DNA of 56,367 nt from Methanobacteriota archaeon (GTDB lineage Archaea; Thermoplasmatota; Poseidoniia; Poseidoniales; Thalassarchaeaceae): the NCBI GenBank assembly GCA_002712285.1, contig PATC01000014.1:10402-66768 (forward strand). The letters are read 5' to 3'. The position numbers were made by a program, and so were the translations under genes. The notes beneath the pieces were generated by a model that saw only the letters and a program-made list of their open reading frames with translations, was not told the origin of the DNA and made no database searches. Below, in pieces: positions 8,223 to 18,400 of this stretch; the stretch's first letter is position 1; the number at the start of each line of letters is the position of its first letter.

Positions 8223-8849
8223 TTAGAGATACTCACACATTGGGTCCCATTTTGTAATCGGATTAGTTGCCAACTGCTGATTAAAAAGGCGCTCATCATC
8301 AGTTACGTCCTCTCCAATCCAATCAGGTATGTCATATGGTCTATCTCCTTCATATTCTATTTCGGCAATCTTGAGTCCTTCATTAGCTCCTTTGAATATA
8401 TCAAACTCCCAAATGTAGCCATCCTTTGCTGGGATTTCCCATCGTATCTTTTCAATTGATGGAAATTCAGTTCTGGACAACTGTTCCTGGACCCATGAAA
8501 TATCTGTATCTGAGAGTTCCCACCCCAGTTCGATTCCTTCATCTCCTATCTTTGGACCTTTGACCTCAAGTTTAGCCTTATGCTGATTTTTAATCCTTAC
8601 ACGTATTGCTGAACCCGGCAGTTCAAGTGTCTTCTCGAGCAGGCCACTCGTTCTCCATTCTATCTGTTCCAGTGTTTCTTCCGGAACACGTTTGTCCATC
8701 AAGAAGACCCCCTCATCGATCTTAATGCTCTCTACATCAAGGTACCATTGTTGTATATGTACTCCATTAATTTCTGGAATACCATCTTCCCATGGCAGTT
8801 TTCGAATGAGATGTTTACGTTCTTTCTCAATGGGTTCTTCACCAGCCAT
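8223..8849 (-). CDS. CYTH / triphosphate tunnel metalloenzyme (CyaB/NeuTTM-like)
   Basis: N-terminal ExExK 'IEKERKHLI', then 'IQQWYL', 'IRVRIK...KLEVKG', 'WEFDIFKGANEGLKIAEIEY' and 'PDWIGEDVTDDERLFNQQLA'. SD-like GAGGGGG precedes ATG 8849. Confidence 0.9.
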   Translation of the reverse strand: MAGEEPIEKERKHLIRKLPWEDGIPEINGVHIQQWYLDVESIKIDEGVFLMDKRVPEETLEQIEWRTSGLLEKTLELPGSAIRVRIKNQHKAKLEVKGPKIGDEGIELGWELSDTDISWVQEQLSRTEFPSIEKIRWEIPAKDGYIWEFDIFKGANEGLKIAEIEYEGDRPYDIPDWIGEDVTDDERLFNQQLATNPITKWDPMCEYL

Positions 8850-8893
8850 GCACTTTTCCCCCTCTGCTTTTTTGTTTGAAGGTTCCACTTATC

Positions 8894-9133
8894 TTACGTT
8901 TGGGATTCAGACCACTGATCATGAGTTTTGATGGCCTGAGTAATATCAACCGAATAAATCCCAGCAATACGACAGGCTTCGATATGACCTAGGATTACTT
9001 CAATCAACTCATTCGTGGGCTCTCTATCCAGATGTTGTTCAATCCATTCTGCTATAGATTGGCCTAAGTTATGCTGGTCAATTGTTTCCCTAAGACGACG
9101 AACATCATCGTCTTTTGGTATTTCGATTTTCAA
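8894..9133 (-). CDS. 79-aa hypothetical helical protein, translationally coupled to the JAB gene
   Basis: TTG at 9133 overlaps the JAB stop (TTGA) and follows GGTGGAG. Protein begins MKIEIPKDDDVRRL. No family recognised. Confidence 0.65.
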   Translation of the reverse strand: MKIEIPKDDDVRRLRETIDQHNLGQSIAEWIEQHLDREPTNELIEVILGHIEACRIAGIYSVDITQAIKTHDQWSESQT

Positions 9134-9630
9134 AACTCCACCCCCGAAATCACCGGATAATATTGGATTTCTTCCTCTGTCCACATATTGAGCGGGTCTT
9201 CAAGACCATCTGGCAAGGATTCACCCATTTTCAAACGACATCTGGATCGTTTCCAATGATCATGGCCGAGGACAATTGCCACCTCAATGAGGCCAGCGAA
9301 ATTACGTAATGTAGCCCGATCGGTAAATGACCAATAAGCAGTCCAAGGATGTGTGTGAATCCATAGTCTGAAAGGTAGTACTGCTCCGATGGGGGGAGAA
9401 AGTCGTACTTCTCCTGAAGAACCAAGGTCAACGAACACCGTACCATCAGCATCTCTAATCCAGCTAACTTCGATTCCTAATGCATGACTCACATTCCATA
9501 ATTCATTCCAACGCTCTTGGATGCCAAGAATGCGTAGTGATTCGATTACCTCATCTTCCTGGTGGGCCCCATTTCTGATTTTTTGACAGAGTTGCTTCGA
9601 ATCTATTTCAGAGGTTTCTAAAACAGTCAT
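9130..9630 (-). CDS. JAB/MPN (JAMM-type) metalloprotease
   Basis: Catalytic Glu candidate 'GIEVSW' and 'WIHTHPWTAYWSFTD' (H-x-H-x6-S-x2-D, one residue shorter than the usual x7). ATGA overlap with the upstream ThiF stop. Confidence 0.8.
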   Translation of the reverse strand: MTVLETSEIDSKQLCQKIRNGAHQEDEVIESLRILGIQERWNELWNVSHALGIEVSWIRDADGTVFVDLGSSGEVRLSPPIGAVLPFRLWIHTHPWTAYWSFTDRATLRNFAGLIEVAIVLGHDHWKRSRCRLKMGESLPDGLEDPLNMWTEEEIQYYPVISGVEF

Positions 9631-10493
9631 TCTCCTACCTCCGCATTTGCATTTTCACGACTCATTAGTCGTCTTAATCGATGGAATATAGCATTCGGAC
9701 TGCGGCCTAATTTTCTTGAAATATCATCGAAATTTTTCCCACTATTTTCAAAATCATCCAAAAGTGTCAGATCATCTTTGTCGGTCCATGGTTTAGTTGC
9801 TTGCAGAGCAATATTTTTCCTTGATTGAATCGGAGTCCCAAAGATGTCAATACGCCCTCTTGAGATAGAGTCACATATTGAATCCGGGAATTCAGTTTCT
9901 TGGCCACACCTTCGGAGTAAAGAACGCATGACAGCATCTGCAAGATGAACAGCAGCATTTGCAAATCCAAATTGGATTGCGCCAGATTCGATTGCACCTT
10001 CGGGTTGACAGCTTGCTGGTAGATGTTCAGGCGTTAACGCATCTACCATTTCAGTATCCGTTCTGTCTGAGAGGAGTAATGTGAAATCTCCCATACATCT
10101 TGAGTCATACCACTCTGTATTTCTGAGAGAATGGACAATTCGACGAGGCTCAGGTCGATCAACAGCTACAATCACAATATGCGCATTCGATAGCAAATTT
10201 GAGTCCCGGAGATTGATGCTGTGAGGGATTACTTGTACAGCAGAGTGAATGACGCCTAAAGTTTCAGCGAGAGCATCGACTTTTGCCATTCCGATTTGAT
10301 TCAGGGTGAACCGTTGATGTATAAGATTCTCTTCTTCGACTTTATCGGCATCATATAGATGAAATTCTATTTCACCTAGTTGTTCAGCCAGGACACCATT
10401 CCTTAGTGCATTCACAAGCAGAATACATGTGTTTGAGCCAATACCTCCTGCTCCTATTATGCTGATGTTCAGGGGTTCAGTATTCATGGACAA
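9627..10493 (-). CDS. ThiF/MoeB/E1-like adenylating enzyme with a C-terminal Myb/SANT-like HTH
   Basis: Rossmann 'IIGAGGIGS', 'YDADKVEEENLIHQRF', 'GMAKVDALAE', 'AVDRPEPR', and candidate thioester Cys in 'PASCQ'. No CxxC Zn pairs. C-terminus is 'KPWTDKDDLTLL...FDDISRKLGRSPNAIFHRLRRL'. Start could be 10487. Confidence 0.88.
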   Translation of the reverse strand: MSMNTEPLNISIIGAGGIGSNTCILLVNALRNGVLAEQLGEIEFHLYDADKVEEENLIHQRFTLNQIGMAKVDALAETLGVIHSAVQVIPHSINLRDSNLLSNAHIVIVAVDRPEPRRIVHSLRNTEWYDSRCMGDFTLLLSDRTDTEMVDALTPEHLPASCQPEGAIESGAIQFGFANAAVHLADAVMRSLLRRCGQETEFPDSICDSISRGRIDIFGTPIQSRKNIALQATKPWTDKDDLTLLDDFENSGKNFDDISRKLGRSPNAIFHRLRRLMSRENANAEVGE

Positions 10494-10561
10494 GTTGTAA
10501 AGGCATCACCCCCCTTAAACCAAACACAAAAAATATCGAAAGCCTCTGTCACTCCTTGTAG

Positions 10562-11296
10562 ATGGACGAAGACGCCCCATTTTCTCCAGACGCTAAGGAT
10601 GCCCTGTGGCTAGTGTCTATGATTCATGAAGAAATGGATATCTGGGGTCCTCTCAAGGAATCTGCAGCAATTCAGAGATGGCGCCGTCATCCTCGTATTC
10701 TCTTACATGATAGAAACGGTCTTTTTGGTCATGCGGTTCTTGATCGGCTTGGCTCTTCAATAGAGTTGAGAACTGTTGTGCTTGATTCCCGGGTTCGGGG
10801 GCAGGGTCGTTCCCATGAGCTAGTTGAACAAGCAGTTTCAAGATGGTATCAAGATGCTCTTCTCCATCGAGTCACACCCCCGCTCGAATTATCTTCTAGG
10901 CGTCCATTGTTATCTTGGACTCGGAGTGCAGCTCTTGCTGCAACATACCATCGCGCTAGATTTTCTTTAGTGCAGCCTGAACGCCGATGGAGCCGCCTTT
11001 GGCTCTTCAAGTCCTCACTTGCAACTCTGCCTGTAAGATTGCAGATATCTGTTGCTTTGAATCGAATATTTCGTGGTATTTCCATGCTGTTTCAAGATCC
11101 TAACAGACTTCGATACCAAATCCGGCATTTGCGAGAATATCACTTATTCATTTTAGATCCAAAATCACCTATCCAGGGATTATCTCGTGCACATCCGATG
11201 TCAGAGATTACTGCCGTCACAGGTCGGCATTTAATTGACATTGAAGAGAGCCAATTACAGGCTTTTGTCGACTGGGACTCAACTGAGGAGGGATGA
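10562..11296 (+). CDS. GNAT-like acetyltransferase domain protein
   Basis: Acetyl-CoA-binding motif A-like 'ELRTVVLDSRVRGQGRSHELVEQAV'; the remainder is unrecognised. Confidence 0.6.
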   Translation: MDEDAPFSPDAKDALWLVSMIHEEMDIWGPLKESAAIQRWRRHPRILLHDRNGLFGHAVLDRLGSSIELRTVVLDSRVRGQGRSHELVEQAVSRWYQDALLHRVTPPLELSSRRPLLSWTRSAALAATYHRARFSLVQPERRWSRLWLFKSSLATLPVRLQISVALNRIFRGISMLFQDPNRLRYQIRHLREYHLFILDPKSPIQGLSRAHPMSEITAVTGRHLIDIEESQLQAFVDWDSTEEG

Positions 11297-11757
11297 TGAA
11301 CGACCCCGTCTTGCAACGTTCAATGACCGCTAATCCGTTCAAACCAATCGACATTCGCTTTGAGGTTATAATCGGCACACTTCTCGTCTTCAATACCCTT
11401 CCATTTGGCATTGGTTTTGCAGGACCATGGGAAGATGTAGGTTTTACACGCGGTATTGGTGGACTCATTGGCTGCTATTTCTTCTATCGAGCATGGTTTT
11501 TTTCCACCTTCGGATTTCATGGATTGATACCATCACTTCACCTGTGGAGTAATCCTAGTCGTTCAACTTCTCAACTCACATTGATTGGGGTGGCAACCCT
11601 TGTTTTAGGATGGGTTACTGGGGGCCCTATGGCCTTTTTGTTCGCAGAACCAACAGGCCTAATCATCACTTTATTCGGTTGCCTCATGTTGTTAGTTGCA
11701 GGTTATGCTTGGTTAGTATTTGATGGTGGATTGAAGGATTCCAATGAAGAGGAGTAA
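11293..11757 (+). CDS. Hypothetical integral membrane protein (about 4 TM)
   Basis: Four hydrophobic segments; ATGA overlap with the upstream gene. Confidence 0.7.
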   Translation: MMNDPVLQRSMTANPFKPIDIRFEVIIGTLLVFNTLPFGIGFAGPWEDVGFTRGIGGLIGCYFFYRAWFFSTFGFHGLIPSLHLWSNPSRSTSQLTLIGVATLVLGWVTGGPMAFLFAEPTGLIITLFGCLMLLVAGYAWLVFDGGLKDSNEEE

Positions 11758-11760
11758 TAT

Positions 11761-12306
11761 TCAGAATTTCCATCCAATGAAGATTTGAACTCCTCCTACT
11801 AATGTTAGAATGGACCCTAAAAGAAGTGAAAGATATGCATTGTAGGTGTATTCAATAGTTACACTCTCCCCTGCTGCTTCCATCGAATTACCTGCAACAA
11901 ATCGTATGTCTCCACCTTCTAGAGCCCAATCAAAAGATCCTCCTGAATAGGGCCCCCCTGCTAGGTATGTTAGACTATCACGTTCACATACAAGGTAACC
12001 ATCGTTGCCATTGGTACAGTATTCTTCATCAGATGCAGGCACAATAGCAATCCATACGTTTTGTGAACCCCAGTCAACAGAGATATCTGCAGCCAAAAGA
12101 GTAGCCGCAGCATCAGGAATGTTAACACCATCTTCCACCATAATTACTCGGTCACAAACATTCAATCCGAGTATTCCGGAATCACATGCAGGAACATCTA
12201 CATCCAAGGTGCCCGAACCCGAATATCCTACTAAACCTGCAGGTACTGTGACCAGAATCATGATTATACCAGAAACAATCCATGCAAACTTCATCACATT
12301 GAGCAA
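11761..12306 (-). CDS. Hypothetical membrane protein (N- and C-terminal TM, acidic extracellular loop)
   Basis: Hydrophobic ends 'FAWIVSGIIMILVTV' and 'LLLGSILTLVGGVQIFIGW', with a Cys pair-containing acidic middle. Confidence 0.7.
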   Translation of the reverse strand: MLNVMKFAWIVSGIIMILVTVPAGLVGYSGSGTLDVDVPACDSGILGLNVCDRVIMVEDGVNIPDAAATLLAADISVDWGSQNVWIAIVPASDEEYCTNGNDGYLVCERDSLTYLAGGPYSGGSFDWALEGGDIRFVAGNSMEAAGESVTIEYTYNAYLSLLLGSILTLVGGVQIFIGWKF

Positions 12307-12441
12307 AACCCCTCTGTCCTTGAATCACATGGTCATACGAGCGATGATACCTCTGTTCTTACGTGATACACAATCACTCAACAAAGCCGAGTTGTTGATA
12401 TATCCGGCGAGATTGCCAAGATACTTCCTGTAGGTGTAACC

Positions 12442-15400
12442 ATGGAACAAATGACATTGAATCAGAAGATGAATCAGGCCAAACGCCAGACTTCAGCCCT
12501 TACATTAGTGGTGCTGATGATTATGAGTACCACACTTGCATTACTTCCCGTTACAGCCGATGATGGTGATATTGACATGGGCATTTTCGGCCCGGCGGGG
12601 GATCGCACCCCAATTCAGTCTGCTAATCAGGGCAGCCCTCAGCAAGGTAGTGCACCCGTACCTGGAGCCCTAGATCAATCACGCCTTAATCACCCTGCTC
12701 TTAGAGATCCGGCTTGGACCGACATTCTTGCTGGCACTGGAAAGGTTGGAGATATTTCAGCTCTTCAACTTCGATCAGAAGCCTACTCATTCCTTCTTGA
12801 AGAGACCAATCTTGGTGATCATGACAATGATGGCATAGGTGATCTCGACGACCTTGACGACGATAACGACGGTATCTACGATTTAATTGAGCGATTTGAC
12901 GGCTGTTTTGGTACTGATCCACTTGATCACGACAACGACGGCATCGTAGATGAGTTTGATTTTGATGATGATAATGACGGTATCCTCGAGGGGCCAATTG
13001 ATTACACACAAGGTGCAGACCCGCTGAATGTTTCTACTGATCGCTATGTCGAACCTTCGACGATTCACCCATGGACACTTACTGCAGTTGGTGTAGGATA
13101 CATGGTTGATCAGAATCCATTAGATCGTGACAATGACGGAGTGAATGATGAAGATCCAGATGGTAGTGGCCGCGAATCCTTCGATGAGGATGATGATAAC
13201 GATGGCCGCCTTGATCAATTCAAGTGGCCTTGTGACTTCGATTATGATGGAGTTCAAGACTATTTCGATGATGACGATGATAACGACGGAGTTATGGATT
13301 ATATGGATCGCGATCCATACAATTCTAGCATTACCCAGACCATGGAAGCGGCTGCTGGAGCAAGCTCATCTGACGAATTAGTCTACGATGAAGCAGTCCC
13401 CTGGACATTCAACAATTACGCATTATACTCTTTCAGTATCGATTATGTGACACTTGAATCGCAATATCATCCTAACTCTCCAGCATTCACATCGATTGTA
13501 GATGGTGACCTTGATGGTGACGGCATTCCGAACTTCCTTGATCCAGATAACGATGCAGATGATTTACCAGATTCAGCGGACACAGATGATGACAATGATG
13601 GCATTTTGGATATGTTCGATCCTGACGATGACAATGATGGAATCAAGGATGTCTGCCTTCGTATCGATACTAACGGCGATGGAAACATAGACTATCCTGG
13701 CGTTACGGGAGCACTTGAGACTCCTGGAATCGATTGCGAGATCGATTATGATAGAGATTTAGATGACGATCGTTGGCGTGCAATTGATCAGGATTACGAT
13801 CTAACTCCAGATTGGTTTGATACGGATATGGGCGGCCTTGCATCACCAGACAACGATCTCGGCCCCCCTGCTGTTAACATCAATGACGAACCCTGGGACT
13901 GGGATAATGATGGTCTTCAAAATGAAAATGATTCGTTCATGAATGCGACAGTGGCTCAAGTTGGACCTAATGGATGGAACTGTCCTACTCCAACTAATAA
14001 GAATCCAACTAACCCTGCACCTGAGTGTTTGACAGAACGAAAATCGTATGTTGGGAATAACGATTGGGATGGTGACGGTATCAACAATTGGTATGATTAC
14101 GATGACGATAACGACGGATTGCCAGATTTCCTTGACATCGATTGGAATTGCGATCTCGATGATGACAATGATCTGCATCTGATTAATGGTTCACGATTTC
14201 TCGATGATGGACCAAATTCCATTGATTCTGATATCGATGGTGACGGACTCAGCAATGATGAGGATTGGGACGATGACAATGATGGAATCAATGACCTCTA
14301 TGATCCCGATGATGGTAACTGTGGTGTTTTGGATATCGATGCTACGGATGATTTCTCTCAGCCGTACTTCCCTGTCTCTGATGGTGCCGATATCGATGGT
14401 TCTCTAGATGGTCAATTGTACAACACCAACATGTCTGACTTCTGGAACATGAGTCACACCACGAATCCATTTACGCTTGCGAATGGATTTGTTGTTCCAT
14501 ACAACGGATACAATCCCACTACGAACCCAATCACTAACGGTGCAGTGCCTGAGTTCTATTGGTACTACATCAGTCGATGGAGTCCGTGGAATGGCGACAA
14601 TCATTGGGATATTGATTCAGATGGTGACTCGCTTGTCAATGGACTTGATGTCGATCAAGACGGTGATGGTTTACCTGATGGTTGGGATCAAGACGAAGGT
14701 AATGACGGAGTTTTAGATATCGATGATTTCCGCATGGGTGGAACTGTAAATGCCGAGGATACTTGTGGATGGACTACAGTAGCCGGGTATACTTGCGGAT
14801 ATGAATACGCATTCAATTACATGCTTCCATTGGATCAAGGTACTAATTTCCAGTATTCGAAGGCATACAGTATTCGGCCTGATTCAGGATACACTGATGG
14901 ACAGTATGACGGAGCGAATAGCAATGGTAATTGGGATTGTTTCGAGGTTAGCTGTTGGCACTTCGAATTCAACGGCCAAGTAACTGCAGCCGTTACTTAC
15001 GATCAGATAGCCAATAATCGTGATTTGATGATTGCATGGCTCGGTCTAGGTCAGGGCTTATTCAATTGGAATGCAGACATCAATGGGAATTTCTTCCCAG
15101 ATGAGTACGCTGATTTGCTCAATGATAGCGTAGACCCAGACGATGATTGTGGGGCACCCAATGCAGGTACACCTAATCCACAGTGCATGTTCAATGATAC
15201 TGCGGATTTAGACGATGATTTCGATGGAATTTACGATCATTGGGATGTTGATGATGATAATGATGGAATTTGGGATTTCTTTGAGATTGATACAAACGAC
15301 GATCTTGATGATGATGCTAATACCCTACCTCCTGGCAATTTCTTTACTGGAACTAACTGCTTCGATAATGACGACGATGGTACGGATACTGATCCCGATG

Positions 15401-18400
15401 AGGATGGCTTCTTCCAAGCAGTTTGGGATAAAGGCGTGCTTGGGCAGGGTCTTATCTTCCCCGAGTACTATGATGTGGATAACGACAATGATGGAATCGT
15501 AGATACAGAGGATCCGGATGATGACAACAATGGTGTACTTGACGTCGTTCAAGAATTGACTTGTTTCATTGGTGAAGAACAGCATCCATTTGACCATGAT
15601 AATGATGGAATTCCAGATGGTAAGGGAGAGACTGATTGGGATATGGATGGTATCTCCAATACTGTTGAGCTTGCAAATCAAACCCCTTGGATTAGCCCCT
15701 GGGATCACGATAATGATGGAATTCGCGATGACCTTGATCTTGACGATGATTCAGATGGTATGCATGACGAGGACGAGATTCTTCTTTGGCCTCAACGTTA
15801 CAACAACGAGTCCACAAATCCATGGGATCACGATGATTTCGGTGGCGGACTCGGCATTGCAAACCCATCTGATCCATCGACTGGACCAGATGTTATCGAC
15901 AATGATGACGACAATGACTCGCGAATTGATGTAGATTGGGACCAGATTGAAGACAATGAGCTAAGTTCAGACTGGGATAGCGATAATGACGGAGTTCTCG
16001 ATGAGGATGACAAGATTCCAACTCGTGTCAATATGAGTATTCCTGGAACTATGTGGATGGATGGCAAGAAGGCAGCAATTTTCTCAGGTTCTGTTTCATG
16101 GCTTGACCCTGCATTGAACCAGTTCGTTCCTGCACCAAATTTGCCAGTCCAAGTGACCATAGAATGGGCTGGGAATGGTACTGAAGCAGTACAGACAATC
16201 GACGTCCTATCCTCCCAGTTTGGTGGATTTACTGTTGGACAATTCCTCCTTCCAGAAGATCTTGATGTGGGTCCAAATACAACCTACAATGCCTATGCTG
16301 AGGTCACAGAGATGTTCATCCATGATGGTAGTACCTCCGAGATGTATCCACTTGAGATTCGAGCGAATACAACCTTCGATTATGTTGCTCCAGAGTACTT
16401 ACGAAGCGGTGAAAACCCCCTATATCTCGACTTTAAGACACATTATTCTGCAGATTGGGATCGTGGAATTTTCAACAACCGAATCAAGTATGCTCCCGTT
16501 GCTTTCGATGTCTCCGGAGGACCGTTTGGTGACCGTCAGAATCCATCTACCTTCGATGGCGCTGGTCAAGGATTCCGTGCTGATTCTGGTGGATATGTTT
16601 CATTGACATTTGTCCAAAACCAAGGTGCTCAAGGTGAGTGGAAACAAGTCCGTTACAATGCATCTCTCAACAACGGACCAGGTACAATCCCCGGTGGTTA
16701 CGAGGAAATCATTTGGAATGGCTTCCTGAATGACCATGATGTTGTGGGTACTTACGTGTACACGAATACTACTCTTCCCAAGGGCAATTACGAGTTCAAC
16801 GGCGAGGTCAATATGTCCTATGCCGGTCCTAATGAGTGGCCCTTCCCCTGGCTAGAAGGAGATGAAACCGATGCATTCGTAATCAAATCAGTAGAGCGTA
16901 TGTTCATTGGTTCACGAATTATCGTCCCTTCACACAATCCAGTATTCTTCTGGGATTCACAGCAGTTTACAGGAGCATATTTCGGTGCTTGGCGCCCAAT
17001 GTTTAGTGAAGCCGGATTGGTTAATGCTGGTTATGATACGGACATGAACAATCAGATTTCACCCTCAGAATTTGCAGCTGTATCTTCGGGTCGCCAATAT
17101 GCAGTTCTTTGGAATGACAACCCTGCAGATCTGCCACTTGGTGATGCATCAGCAAACATCGATTCCCCATTACGTGACTTCGTGACTACGAACAGTACTC
17201 ACTGGTTTGTTTCGATGGTCAATGGAGCAGATTCGAATGTGCCACCTTGTGGGCCAGTAGACCCATTAGATCAGAATAGTCCAGTCCGTTGTGAGATTGT
17301 TCCAGAAATGAATACAGGTGAGACATTTGGAACAGTTGGCGATGTGAAGAATCGTACCTTGGTTCCATGGACTGACGGTGCTACAGTTCTCCAGGTAGAT
17401 TTAGATCAAGACAGTGTATTTGCTGGCAGCCGTGAGAGCGTGAATCCAAAATATCCAGCTCTATCTGGAGGCCTTGCGGTTATGGATTTCAACTGGACAT
17501 GGCGTACTGAATATCAGGCTTTGACCTATGGAGTAAAGGTTGACTTTGTAGATTCCAACTTCTTCTTCACGGGTAATCAGACTTACACGCTTTCGCCTAC
17601 CGGTGCTCACGTGAATGTTTCAGTGGTTGGAACAACGGATTTCCAATTGAATACAGTACCTGTACTCTATCGTGGAATGAATACCACACTTGAAGCGCGT
17701 TTGATTGACAACTCGTTACAACCGGTTCCCTTCCAGCCAGTGAATTGGACCTGGTCTGCGAATGGCACATCAGGTCTCGCACAGACTGATGTGAATGGTG
17801 TCTTCAAGATACCATTGAACATTAGCAAAAGCCACGATCTCGGAAATTTCTCAATGACGTTTGGCTTCCCTGGGACACAGCGTCTGAAGAGTTCGAGTGT
17901 AACTCAAGCGCTTTGGGTCGTTAGCAGGACTTTCATCAATCTTGAAGCAACGACTTCAGGGGAACGATCCAGTGGCGATGTATGGTCAGTATCAGCTCAA
18001 GTTACTGATGATAATCGAACGCCATCAATTCGTGATCTTGGACAAGCTCTTGACGGCATTGGTGAAAATGGTGGACGAGTGTTACTAATCTTTGAAGGAA
18101 CGGATTTTGATAATCGGCAGCATAGACGTATCATTACAGAATTGACGCCCAATGCAGGCTCAGTTTACCACGAGATGCTGTTGAATCCCCAGTTACTGAA
18201 GGATGATCCAGAATCATTCCTACCGGATGGCTTTGGACCAGTCAATGTAATTCTTCGATTTGAGGAGAATTTACCTCATGAGGGATGCGTCGCTCTTGAA
18301 GAATGGATGCTTTCGATGCAAGGCGCATGGGACCCATGTACATCGATTCCTAACAACGAGCATTTCCGACGTGAACTGCAGTACAATGTTGACGGCTTCT

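Noticed and set aside
9627-10493. Ordinary MoeB/ThiF of molybdopterin or thiamine synthesis
   Set aside because: moaA is 36 kb away. The E1 lacks Zn CxxC pairs, carries a Myb tail and is coupled to a JAB. This cannot be fully excluded without assay.
12800-16020. Recurrent gatgatgataatgacgg-like runs as a possible CRISPR array or DNA repeat
   Set aside because: They are degenerate codons for DxDxDG motifs within one ORF; there is no constant-length identical repeat with unique spacers.
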